From contig CAWHAE010000002.1 in NCBI GenBank assembly GCA_963827235.1, forward strand, positions 1 through 34,606: a DNA stretch of 34,606 nt, written 5' to 3'. Shown here in pieces: positions 19,816 to 29,984 of this stretch. The stretch is from an uncultured bacterium (GTDB lineage: Bacteria > Chloroflexota > UBA5177 > JANWHV01). A program made the position numbers and the translations under genes. Under the pieces are notes generated by a model. That model did not search any database. It was not told where the DNA came from and saw only the letters and a program-made list of their open reading frames with translations. Each line of letters begins with the position of its first letter. The first letter of the stretch is position 1.

Positions 19816-20604
19816 CTACTCGGTCCAGTAGGCCGCGCCTGGCAAGCTGCCATCCATCACGTATCCGCCGTCGATAGTGAGCACCTGGCCGGTCACATAG
19901 CGCGCCTCATCTGAAGCGAGGTACACCGCGCCGCCAGCAATCCACTCGGGCTGTGCGATCTCTTTGAGGGGGATGCGCTGGTAGAGCGCCTGCTTGACGC
20001 TCTCGGTGTACATCGGGATGGTGAGGGCCGTATAGGTGCAGCCGGGCTCCACGCAATTCACCGTGATCCGGTGCGGCGCAAGCTCGGTCGCCAGCGTGCG
20101 CGAAAATGCTTCCATGCCGCCCTTGGCCGCGGTGTATGCGGCGGCATTTGGCTCCGAAAGCTGGGCATGAATGGACGAGATGCTGATGATTCGTCCGCCG
20201 CCTCCCTGGTCGACCATCCGACGCGCGGCGGCCTTGCTGCACAGAAAGCAGCTCTTGAGATTGTTGCTCAGTATGCGATCCCACTGTTCCTCGCGCATCT
20301 CCAGTACCGGGGCCTGCAGGATGATGCCGGCGTTGTTGACCAGGATGTGGAGGCTGCCCAGCTCCGCCACGGTTTGGGCCACGGCCTGCTCGACTGCTTG
20401 AGCGTTGCTCACATCTGCCTGCACGGCAATGGCTTCGTGCCCACTCTCGCCGATCGTGGACGCAACGGCCTGCGCTCCCGTCAGATCGAGGTCCACTAAG
20501 CAGACCGCCGCTCCTTCTGCGGCAAAGGCGAGGGCAATCGCCCGCCCGATCCCCGAAGCGGCACCGGTCACCAACGCCACACGACCCTGAAGGCGACCCG
20601 ACAT
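19816..20604 (-). CDS. SDR-family NAD-dependent oxidoreductase
   Basis: TGAASGIG, NNAG, ISS, YTAAK, YVTGQVLTIDGG. RBS GGAAGG. Confidence 0.95.
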   Translation of the reverse strand: MSGRLQGRVALVTGAASGIGRAIALAFAAEGAAVCLVDLDLTGAQAVASTIGESGHEAIAVQADVSNAQAVEQAVAQTVAELGSLHILVNNAGIILQAPVLEMREEQWDRILSNNLKSCFLCSKAAARRMVDQGGGGRIISISSIHAQLSEPNAAAYTAAKGGMEAFSRTLATELAPHRITVNCVEPGCTYTALTIPMYTESVKQALYQRIPLKEIAQPEWIAGGAVYLASDEARYVTGQVLTIDGGYVMDGSLPGAAYWTE

Positions 20605-20681
20605 GACAGCACCTTCCCTTCCGCATAGCCTGAACAACGTTTCGTCGGGGTCCGATTGGAGAACCGATCAGGTCCAGGTAA

Positions 20682-23174
20682 TCAGCAGCGGAGCCTGTGC
20701 TCGCGGTCCGCGCGCAGCCGGCCAGCCTCTATAGTCCACTGTCGATCGAGCGCATCGACGGTGAAGCCGTCGAGGTTCCCTCCCAGCACCTCGATCCTTG
20801 CCTGCATCTCGGCGCCCTCTTCCGTCCACTGCGTGTAGACGCCCCACCCAGCGCCACAGGTGAACAACGTGCTGAAGCGATCGGCGGCGATCGCCGGCTT
20901 GAAGGTGAGCGCCCGGCGATCGACGTCGCACCGGAAGCCAGCTGAGCGCCGGCAAGAGCGCCCAGCTCGCCATCGACCGGGCATAGTGATGGCCGCACTC
21001 CACTTCATCCCACGGATTGCGGCGGTAGCCATCGTAGCGAGCACGGCATGCGGCGACGATGTCGAGCGCCTTCGCTACCTCACCCTCGTAGACCAGGTTC
21101 GTCGCAACCTGATATTCGGTGCCGCTCCACACCTCGTCCGAGTAGACAAAAGGCCAACGCGGCTCACCGCCGCGCGGCCACGTACACATAAGAGGCCGGA
21201 CTCTTCCGGCAGTGCATAGGTGCGCTGCGGATTCACGTGCGTGCCGAGTGGACGCCGGAAGTTGTACCGGTAGATCGACCGAAGAGCCCGGCGGACATGG
21301 TCTCGGCGGCAGTACATAGCCCAGTCCGGCAACATGCGCTTGCAGCTGTCCGAGAAGCTGATCGGAGAGGCATCCTTCGCCATACTGGTAGGCATGCGCA
21401 TCCACGTCGTCCAGCAGCTGGCGGTAATACTCTCCAGTCCAGAGCAGTGCATCCAGCCGCGCCGCGCTGTGCTCCTCTAGCGAGCGATACCTGGCCATCG
21501 CCGCCGCATCGCCCAGCCGGTCGGCGATCGCCGCTCGCCGCGCGCAGTGCGGCCAGCAACTGCACACCGGTGAGCGGGTTTGGCCCGATAGAACTCGATG
21601 TCGTAGCCAGTGTGCTGCTGGCCATCCAGCACGCCATCGCCGTCGGTATCCCACGTCTCCAGCGCGTAGCGGAGCATCTTCTGCACGTTGGGCCAGACCT
21701 CCGCGAGCAACGCGCGATCGCCGGTCAGCAAGAACGCCCGCCAGAGCCGGATCACCATGCCGAGCTGGCCGTCTGCCGCCGCGTGGGGGAGCGAGAAGAC
21801 GGTCCCGAACGGTACCTCGCTGCGGAAGCGCATTTTTCCGGATTCGTCAACCTCGTCGAGGAACGCCGTGCGCAGCATGCTGATCTCCAGGCTGGGGAAG
21901 AGGAAGGCAAGCGTCTGCGCGAAATTCCAAACGTGGGTGCAATTCCCGTGGCAGGAGCCACCACGGTCGAAGCAGCCCTCCCAGCCGAAGAACCGTCCGT
22001 CCGCCAGCCAGAAGCAGGTATTGCTGCGCGCCACCACGATGTTTGCTGATAGTGCGTCGAGTACGGCGGGCGGCAGCGTGCTGCCGAAAAGGGCGTCGCG
22101 GAAGCTCACCGTAACCGTTTCCAGCCGCGCCAGCTGCGCGGCGACGTTCTGTGCGACGGCCCAGGCGTCGGCGAAGCGGCCGCCATAGCGAACGCGGGTG
22201 GTCGGAGGCCTATCGGGCGCGGCAGCATTCCAGCCGTTGACGCGATTGGGGAAGTACCAGGTGACCAGGAAGGTCAGCGTCGCGACTTTCGCCGGGAGCG
22301 ATCTCGAGGGTGCCCCGACCGAGCCGGCGAGCACGTTCATCACCGGCGGCCCCACTTCCGAGTGCTCGGCCGCGCCTCGGGCGGCGCGAGCAGTCCGTCC
22401 GCCGCGAGGTCGCGCCAGAACTCGCGCAGGGCATCCCACCAGCCGCCGCGCTGCCAGTTCGGTTTGCCGGTGCTGGCCGACTCGAGGGTAACGATCGCCG
22501 CGTTGCCGAACTCCAGGTCCGCGGAGTCACAGGGCGGCCCTTCGAGGAACACGCCATGCAGGGCCTTCTCGTCGCGCCAGCTGTTTCGCGCGTCGCCGCG
22601 GCGGATTGCGGCGCTGATGGCCGAACTCATCGAATCCAGCGAAGCTCGCGAGATTGAACAGCGAGCCAACTACCGTTACGCGCACCGGCAGCGCGCCTGG
22701 GTTGGTGAGCCGCCAGCGGAACACGATGCAGGGCAATCCGGAGTCGTCGGGTTCGAGCGGCACGAGCGGCGAGTAGGCTAGCAGATCCACCTGAAGCGGC
22801 ACGTCGGGGTCGCGCAGCTCCAGCTCCGCCGTTGGATAGCGCCCGCGAAAGCGGCTCTCGGCGAAGCGGGGAAGTCCGCCGAAGTGATTGGGATGGATGC
22901 CGTGTGAGGCCGAATATGGGGGTGGGATCCGTCCTTCCAGCACCCGCGTAACGCTCGCCTCTTCGCCGGCCTGGGCCCACAGCGCAAAGAAGGAATACGG
23001 CGGTACCAGCCCCTTGCGCGGCTCGTTCCAGATCTCGAAATCCCGCAAGTTGCCGCGTGCGCCGAGCGAGATAGTACCAGTGCCGATACCTCCAAGAGGA
23101 AATGCTATCTCAGTCGCCGCGGAAGTGTGCCAGCCGATGCCGGCGACCCGGGTGTTTGACGCGTCATCGGGCAT
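20682..23174 (-). pseudogene. GH116 (GBA2 / non-lysosomal glucosylceramidase-like) glycosidase broken by about 9 frameshifts
   Basis: Successive ORF pieces carry PLGGIGTG, LTFLVTWYFPN, FGWEG...CHGNCTHVWN, AADGQLG, YDIEFY/GPN, CLSDQLLGQ, YSDEVWSGTEY, NPWDEVECGHHYARSM. RBS GGAGGA precedes ATG 23174. The gene may be intact in vivo. Confidence 0.88.
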
Positions 23175-23340
23175 GGGTGTCCTCCATGGGCGGCTCAACG
23201 GACTTCAGCTGTTCGTGGTTCGTAGGTCACCGGGTGCCGGAGCGGGGCTGATGAAGCACGCACGTTGAATTCCGTGTAGAGCGCAATCTTCTTGGGTGAG
23301 GCAGGCATCTCGCCGATCCCTTCCTCCGTTATCCCGCCGC

Positions 23341-24258
23341 TCAGTTGGTGCCGACCCAGTCCGGTTTGGCTACTTCCCGCCAGCGTGCTCGGATGCTCGA
23401 CTTCCTGCGCCTCACTGAGCGGACCAACCTCGACATAGGCGGCGTTCTCCCGCAACCGCTCCGGCCGCCGCGTGCCGATGATCGCCGTGCTCACCCCCGG
23501 CTGGCCGAGGGCGAATCGCAGCGCGGTACCAACTGCTTCCCGCAGGTCGCGGTGCTGGAAATCGTAGTCGAGCAGCCGCAACCTCTCTGCGTAGCTGTCG
23601 ATGTAGCCGCGCGGCCAGTGGACGACACCCTCGGACGGCACGATCGCGGCCCACGCCACATTGGCAAGCGAGCGTTTGGCGATCACACCCACCTGCAGGT
23701 CCCGTGCCAGAGGCAGTGTGAGGTCGATGCTTTCCTGATCGGCGATGCTCACCGAGGTCTCCAGCACCTGGAATCGCCGGGTCTCCACGGCATACCGCGC
23801 CGCCTGACTGTCGCCGCTGTAGCCGATAGTGCGCGTCTTGCCGGCGGCCCGCGCCCGTTCGACGACGTCGATGACGTCGCCGCGACGCAGTATTTCGGTC
23901 GTGCACGAGTGGAGCAGCAGCACGTCAAGGCAGTCGGTCTGCAGGCGACGCAGGCTGCGGTCGATGCTCTGTTCGAGCAGCCTTGGATCCCAGTCGTCGA
24001 ACTGCTCCATGCCCGCATTGTGCCCGCACTTGCTCACCAGCACGAGGCGGTCGCGGCGGCCGGGCAACACTCTGCCGAGATCGGCCTCGCTCGCCTGGTA
24101 GCACTCCGCGGTGTCGACCACGTTGATGCCGGTATCCAACGCCACGTCCAGCAGGCGTGCCAGCGACGCCTCGTCAATCGGCGTGTGCCCGATCTCGGAT
24201 GCGCCGAAGCCTATCGCACTACCCGTATGCCGGCGCTGCCTAGTGTTCGGTATTCCAT
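23341..24258 (-). CDS. Aldo/keto reductase (frameshifts near 24220 and 23400)
   Basis: MEYRTLG...IGFG, DTAECY, SKCG, SLRRLQTDCLD, LLH, IIGT. The natural C-terminus RWREVAKPDWVGTN* lies in an alternate frame. Confidence 0.88.
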
Positions 24259-24295
24259 CCCCGCGTTCCCCAATCCTACTGGAGCGGCACTGCCG

Positions 24296-25194
24296 CTAGC
24301 CCTTGATGCCCGAGAAGCTGATGCCCTGGATGAAGGTTCGCTGTACAAAGAAGAACAATATGAGGATTGGCAGGGTCATCATCACGCCGATGGCCATCAG
24401 CTGGGTCCAGTGAGGCTCGATGCCGATCACCTGCTGCACGCCGATGGAGAGCGTGTACTTGCTCTCGTCGTTCAGGTAGATCAGCGGCCCTAGGAAATCG
24501 CTCCAGGCACCGATGAACGAGAAGATGGCCGCCGTGGCCAGAACAGGCTTGGAGAGCGGCAAGACGATGCGGGCGAAGATCCCCAGGTCGCCGCACCCGT
24601 CGATGCGCGCCGCGTCCGACAGCTCAGCTGGCAGACCAAGGTAGAACTGCCGGAACAGGAAGATGAAGAACGCGTTGCCGAAGAACGCGGGGACGATCAG
24701 CGGCCAGTACGTGTTGATCCAGCCGAGGTTGCGGAAGAGCAGGAACAACGGGATCATGGTCACCTGGTAGGGCAGGATCAGCGTTCCCAGCACGACGACG
24801 AACAAGGTTTCGCGCCCGGGCCAAACAACGCGTGAGAAGCCGTAGGCCACGAAGGCGGAGGAACCGGTGGCGCCGATGACCACCGGGATGCAGATGGTCA
24901 TGGTGTTGGCGAAGTAACGCAGGAACGGGAACTCGTTCACTGCTTTACTGTAATTCGACCATTCGATCGGGCTGGGGATCCAGTTGATGCCGCGTGAGAA
25001 GAGCTGCGCGTCTGGCTTGAGCGACGTCGAGACCAGCCAGAGGAAGGGGACAAGGAAGATCAGGGTGAGGACCAGCAGTAGCGCCTCGAGCACTAGGACA
25101 CGCCCGATCTTCCGTACCCGTGATCTTGCGCGTCCCGCGCCGTGGCGGCTGACGCCGGGCTGGGGACAAGGTCTCGCTTATCGATTGCCAGCAT
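24296..25194 (-). CDS. Carbohydrate ABC transporter permease (MalG-like); 5' end uncertain
   Basis: AYGFSR, LPYQVTMIP, DAARIDGC, WSDFLGPLIYL. ATG 25194 overlaps the upstream gene and needs a 1-nt shift; the alternative is GTG 25093. Confidence 0.9.
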
Positions 25195-26071
25195 AGTACA
25201 CCCACCTTGCCGAACTGCGCAGCACGACCACCGTCAGTCCCAGCGTGATAGCCAGCAGGATCCACGCCAGGCCCGATGCGTAGCCCATATGCAGGTACGA
25301 GAATGCATTTTGATAGAGGTACAACGAGTAGAACAGACTGGAGTCGATTGGCCCGCCATTCGTGATGATGAAGGCCTGCGTGAAGAACTGGAAGGAGGCG
25401 ATGATCGCCAGGATCACGTTGAAGAGAATCACCGGCGAGAGGCTGGGCAGGGTGACGTGCCAGATCTTGTGCAGCCAGTTCGCGCCGTCCACGTCCGCGG
25501 CTTCGTAGAGCGTCTGGTCCACGTCCTGCAAGCCGGCCAGGTAGATGACCACCGCGTTCCCGGTTCCCCAGAGCGTCATAAGGATGAACCCCGGTTTCAC
25601 CCAGTCAGGACTGGCGAACCATCCCGGGCCGGTAACGCCAATATCTTGCAGGAGCGTATTGAGCAGTCCGACCTGGGGATCCAGCAGGCGATTCCACAGG
25701 ATGGAGAGCACCACGACGGGGATCAGCGTGGGCAGGAAGACGACGGCCCGGAAGAAGGTCTGGCCGGGCACCTTGCAGTTGAGCAAGATCGCGACCGCGA
25801 TGTCCGCGACGGTGTAGATCGGTATCCCGACCACCACCATGAAGAGCGTGTTCTCGAGAGCGGTCCTGAAGAGCGGATCCTGGAATATCGCCTGGTAGTT
25901 GCTCAGACCGGTCCAGGTGGGCGGTCGCAACACGTTGTAGTCGGTGAAGCTGTAGTAGAGCGACGAGGCGATGGGATAGAGATAGAAGGCCAGCAACCCG
26001 ACGAGCCAGGGGCTGACGAAGAACAGGCCGACCCGCAGGTTACGCCGTTCGATAGCGCCAAGACGATGCAC
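25178..26071 (-). CDS. Carbohydrate ABC transporter permease (MalF-like)
   Basis: FVSPWLVG, GLSNY, LYEAADVDGA, MGYASGLAW. Confidence 0.95.
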   Translation of the reverse strand: MHRLGAIERRNLRVGLFFVSPWLVGLLAFYLYPIASSLYYSFTDYNVLRPPTWTGLSNYQAIFQDPLFRTALENTLFMVVVGIPIYTVADIAVAILLNCKVPGQTFFRAVVFLPTLIPVVVLSILWNRLLDPQVGLLNTLLQDIGVTGPGWFASPDWVKPGFILMTLWGTGNAVVIYLAGLQDVDQTLYEAADVDGANWLHKIWHVTLPSLSPVILFNVILAIIASFQFFTQAFIITNGGPIDSSLFYSLYLYQNAFSYLHMGYASGLAWILLAITLGLTVVVLRSSARWVYYAGNR

Positions 26072-26187
26072 GCTTCATGCTCCCTTCCGGCGACACACCG
26101 ACCCGGCAGAGGAGACGCTGGCGCCTCCTCTGCCGGCAGCTCCGCGCCACCATGGCCTGGTGGCGCTCCGAGCCTGATGCCGGTTGC

Positions 26188-27555
26188 TTACTGGTTGAGT
26201 GCCTTATCCAGGATGGGCTGCAGGCGGTTCTGCACCTCGGCCAGCGCCGATTCGGCCGTGGCCTGGCCATAGATGACCTTCTGCTCCGCCGCCCACAGGT
26301 CGTTGGCAAGCTGAGCGGAAATCGGCAGCATCACCCCGCTGCCGGTGTTCGGCGAGGCAGCCAGCATTTGGATGACGCTGTAGGTATGGTCGTGGTTCTT
26401 CACCCAGATGCTCACCGGGTCGCCCGGCTTCTGCTTATAGCCGGAGAAGGAGCGCCACATGTCTGCGTTGCCGACGATCGCCGGGCCGCTCCCGCACCAC
26501 ATGGCGAACGTTACCGCCTCCAGGGGATGCTTGGATCCGACCGGCACCATGTAGAAGTTGAAGGACATAATCGAGGCGTTCTTGCGGCCGCCCGGCGGGT
26601 AGGGGATCGGGTAGCAGACGTAGTCGATCTTCGGCCCGTAGACGCGCAGTGCCTCGGTGTGCCAGTTGCCGCCGACCATCATCGCCAGCTCGCCGGTGAT
26701 GAACAGGTCATTGGCTGTAAATGGATTGAGGGTGTTGGTCGCGGCGACCTGGAGCTTGTCGGCGCCGTATTTCTTGGCATAGCTGGCCTCCCAGTTCAGG
26801 GAACGGATGAAGGCCGGGTCCGTGAGAGTAAGCTTGACCTTGCCGTTCACCACCTGGGTGAAGTTGGCGCCGAAGACCTGACCCCACGTATAGACGCTGG
26901 CGCCGGCTCCGCCGCCCTCATATGCCCACGGTATGAAGCCGATGGTCTCGAACTTGCTTCCGTTCATCACTGTGAGCTTGTCGGCCCAGGCGTCCAGGTC
27001 GGCGATGGTAACTGGCGGCTTGCTCGGGTCGAGGCCGGCCTTCTTTGCCAGGGTGCGATTGATGTACAGGTACCACAGGTTCCCGGCCTCGGGCAACGCC
27101 CAGACCTTACCGTTGTACATCATGCCCTGGAGGACACCGGGCAGCATCTGATTCGGCGACCAGCCCAGGTGCTTGAGGTACGGCATGCAGTCCACCAGGC
27201 CGCCCTGATAGCCCATGATCGCGCCCGCGGTGGACATATCGGTCACCACCAGGTCGGGCACGTTGCCCGAGGCAATCGCTGAGAGCAGCTTGCCGTTGGC
27301 GACGCCGGCGCTTTGAGGCACGTAGACCGGGGTGGCGTGGATGTTGGGGTGGGTCGCGTTGAACTGCTTCGCGCGGTTTGCGTCGGACACCTGGGAATCT
27401 CCGCCCCATGGCTGCCAGTACGTGATGTTCACCGGGGCTTCGGGTCGGGCGGCGCGGCTCGTTCCGGGGAACATCGAGTCTGCGGCGAGTGCGGCGCCCG
27501 CGGCGCCGGCGCCAGCGAGGAAGGTGCGGCGGGACAACGGTCGCGATACTTCCAT
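26188..27555 (-). CDS. Sugar ABC transporter substrate-binding protein with Tat signal
   Basis: SRRTFL twin-arginine motif, FNATHPNI, GNVPD, YNGKVWALP, FITGELAM. RBS GAAGGAG. Confidence 0.93.
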   Translation of the reverse strand: MEVSRPLSRRTFLAGAGAAGAALAADSMFPGTSRAARPEAPVNITYWQPWGGDSQVSDANRAKQFNATHPNIHATPVYVPQSAGVANGKLLSAIASGNVPDLVVTDMSTAGAIMGYQGGLVDCMPYLKHLGWSPNQMLPGVLQGMMYNGKVWALPEAGNLWYLYINRTLAKKAGLDPSKPPVTIADLDAWADKLTVMNGSKFETIGFIPWAYEGGGAGASVYTWGQVFGANFTQVVNGKVKLTLTDPAFIRSLNWEASYAKKYGADKLQVAATNTLNPFTANDLFITGELAMMVGGNWHTEALRVYGPKIDYVCYPIPYPPGGRKNASIMSFNFYMVPVGSKHPLEAVTFAMWCGSGPAIVGNADMWRSFSGYKQKPGDPVSIWVKNHDHTYSVIQMLAASPNTGSGVMLPISAQLANDLWAAEQKVIYGQATAESALAEVQNRLQPILDKALNQ

Positions 27556-27868
27556 TTGGGACTCTCCTTCGAACACGATATTGGCCATGATATGGGCGAT
27601 AACTGGTTCACTGCGCGTCGCGGACGCCCTATGGCTCAGCTGCTATTCACAAGGAACCTGACTTGCCAGATTCTTCCTGTCCACAGAGAGTGTGCCTTTT
27701 CCCTGTATGGAACAGGGTCGATACCTTGACGCGGGCTGCTGGGCTCACCGTACGTGACGAACCCAGGAGACTGGCTCGGTAGGCCGTCGGAACCGGTCGT
27801 CAAACCCCCCTTCTCCGCGCCTCTCGGCGGCCGACAGCGCATACGATGCCCAGCACCGCCGAGTGTTA

Positions 27869-27901
27869 CGTTCATGAACAAACTGCCATAGGTTCATGTA
27901 C
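27869..27901. promoter_or_regulatory. Tandem operator-like palindromes
   Basis: GTTCATGAAC (27870-27879) and GTTCATGTAC (27892-27901), 22 bp apart and just downstream of the promoter. Confidence 0.7.
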
Positions 27902-27908
27902 CTCGGCT

Positions 27909-27937
27909 ATCGTAGACCTGGAATCTCGCCTTGTCAA
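27909..27937 (-). promoter_or_regulatory. Sigma70 promoter of the ABC/glycosidase operon
   Basis: Minus strand TTGACA-17 bp-TACGAT; predicted +1 near 27902. Confidence 0.75.
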
Positions 27938-28065
27938 GGGGCTCGCACATACGCGGGAACCTGCCCGTCATCAGCGAAGACGATGCGCCAGCCGGTCCCG
28001 GAGTAACCAGGACTCCCGAACGCTTCTGCGAGGTCCTCGCCACCCTTGGCACCAGATAGAGCGGC

Positions 28066-28094
28066 TTGACAGCGGGCCTTCGCCGCCCTATTAT
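28066..28094 (+). promoter_or_regulatory. Sigma70 promoter of the LacI-family gene
   Basis: TTGACA-17 bp-TATTAT. Confidence 0.78.
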
Positions 28095-28114
28095 CACGTT
28101 GAACACTATTGTTC

Positions 28115-28201
28115 GTTCATCGACCGCTGATTGTGCGCCGAGCGCTCTCCGATTCCCGCCCGCGTGCGCTTCGTGTACACAGCGTAACATGTTCATGAAC
28201 G
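28115..28201. promoter_or_regulatory. Operator-like palindromes in the LacI leader
   Basis: GTTCATCGAC (28115-28124) and perfect GTTCATGAAC (28191-28200). Confidence 0.65.
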
Positions 28202-28233
28202 ATACGCGCCGAAGTGCCGATCGGACAGCAGAG

Positions 28234-29277
28234 ATGACTGAACGGAAACGGCAACGGGTTGGGCTTCGACAGGTGGCGGCGCACGCGGGTGTCTCGCTTG
28301 CTACTGCTTCGAATGTCTTCTCCGGGAAGCCCTGGGTCTCACAGGAGATCAGCACTGCCGTGCTCGCCTCTGCGGCAGCATTGCGGTACGAGCCCGTGCG
28401 GCGCTCGAAACACGGCGCCGCCGCAGTCAGTATGCTCGGGTTCATCGTGCGCCATGTCGATGGGTTTGCAACCGATCCAGTGTACGGCGACCTCCTGAAT
28501 GCGGCTGAACGGGCGTGTTCCGCGCACGGACTGAGTCTCGCCCATGCCCAGCTGCCGCCCAACGCAGAGCGCGTGGATGCGCTGCCACCGATGATCCTGC
28601 GGCGGCAGGTGCAAGGCGTGCTCGTCGTCGGGGTGTTCCGCCACGCCCTTCTTGCCCTGATGGAGCAGATGGGCATCCCGTGGGTACTCGTCGACCACTT
28701 TGAAGAAGACATACCCACGGACTGTATTACGGGGCGCGATGAGTACGGTGCATACCTGGCGACACGCCACTTGCTCGATCTCGGGCACCGAGCGCCGCCG
28801 CCCGCGATGATCCTCGCCCCGCCTGGGCACGGGTTCGGGCCGAACGTAGAGACGCGGTGGCGCGGCTACTGCCGCGCGCTGGCCGAGCAGGGCGTGCCGT
28901 ACGACGAGGCCTACGTGCAGCGGGCGGAGACGGGCCGTGCGGTGGACGCCTTGCTCGCGCTGCCTGCTCCGCCGACGGCCGTGTTCTGCTGGAACGACGG
29001 GCATGCATTGGCGGCCATGGCACGACTGCGCGAACGCGGCGTGGCCGTGCCGGAAGAGTGTTCAGTCGTGGGGTATGACGATACCTACCTGGCGCCGCGT
29101 TCCGTGCCGCCACTGACCACGATCAGGGTGAACCGGCAGCTCATGGCAAGGCAGAGCGTCACACACTTGCTCGAGCGGATCGCGGAGCCAGGGCTGCCGG
29201 CGCGGCACACCAGCCTGGCTGTTACCCTGGTGCAGCGCGCGTCGACTGCGCAGCGCAAAGGGTCACTACTGGGATGA
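28234..29277 (+). CDS. LacI-family transcriptional regulator
   Basis: HTH LRQVAAHAGVSLATASNV, ATRHLLDLGH, PTAVFCWND, VPEECSVVGYDD, PLTTI, LVQRAST. Start uncertain. Confidence 0.94.
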   Translation: MTERKRQRVGLRQVAAHAGVSLATASNVFSGKPWVSQEISTAVLASAAALRYEPVRRSKHGAAAVSMLGFIVRHVDGFATDPVYGDLLNAAERACSAHGLSLAHAQLPPNAERVDALPPMILRRQVQGVLVVGVFRHALLALMEQMGIPWVLVDHFEEDIPTDCITGRDEYGAYLATRHLLDLGHRAPPPAMILAPPGHGFGPNVETRWRGYCRALAEQGVPYDEAYVQRAETGRAVDALLALPAPPTAVFCWNDGHALAAMARLRERGVAVPEECSVVGYDDTYLAPRSVPPLTTIRVNRQLMARQSVTHLLERIAEPGLPARHTSLAVTLVQRASTAQRKGSLLG

Positions 29278-29662
29278 GTTGTCGTCTACCTGGTCCCGGA
29301 TCGTGCGCTTCAGCTATCGGATTCGCACCAATTCTGCGTCGTCGAGTGCACTTTCCGGGCGGCTTGTCGGTGCCAAGCTTCGGCGACATGCCGCTGACTT
29401 CCGTGTAGTCGTTGAGCCTGACGACCGTGGGCTTGCCGTTCAATGAGGCACCGGAAGGTGCTATGACAACGCGGTGCGACAGCAATGAAGGGGCACTGTC
29501 AGCGGGCACGCATGCGGCGAGCGGCAGCAGCATGGTCCCAGCTAGCGGCCCGGCGTGCAAGGATGTGAGCCGCCTATCTGCTGCTCCGTGGGAAAGCCGA
29601 GCACGGTACGCTTGGCGCAGCATCCTGCTCTGGGGCCACTGAATGTACAGGGGGAAGGGCGA

Positions 29663-29730
29663 ATGACGCGCCCGCGGGTTGGCGTTATCGGCACTGGGCC
29701 GAGAAGGGAGCGGCCGGACATCGAGGGATC
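29663..29730 (+). pseudogene. N-terminal remnant of a Gfo/Idh/MocA paralog
   Basis: MTRPRVGVIGTGPRRERPDIEG closely parallels MNHLRVGIIGTGRKKARPDVEG of the next gene. It has an RBS (GGGGAAGGG) and then loses similarity. Confidence 0.75.
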
Positions 29731-29984
29731 AGCCTCCTCATATAGGCCTGCAGCCAGCGACGCGGTGCGGCTCTGTGCCGGGCGTTTACAGGCCCATATA
29801 GCGGCTGGTCATGGGCACGGTAAGCTTTGAATGGATGTGGCCGCCGCGAGGATCGACGATCTGATCGATCTGGCTCTGGACGACGGTCCCGATGCCACGG
29901 TAAGGTACACGGGAGCAACTCAGTAGTTACGTGGCGCTCGACCGGGCATGACGTTCACATGCGATTGTATCGGCGGAGAAGCGT

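Noticed and set aside
20682-23174. Programmed frameshifting or phase variation in GH116
   Set aside because: There are too many shifts, and no slippery heptamers or long homopolymers were seen at the sites.
24296-27555. Missing ABC ATPase as an anomaly
   Set aside because: Sugar ABC systems often share a distantly encoded MsmX/MsiK-type ATPase.
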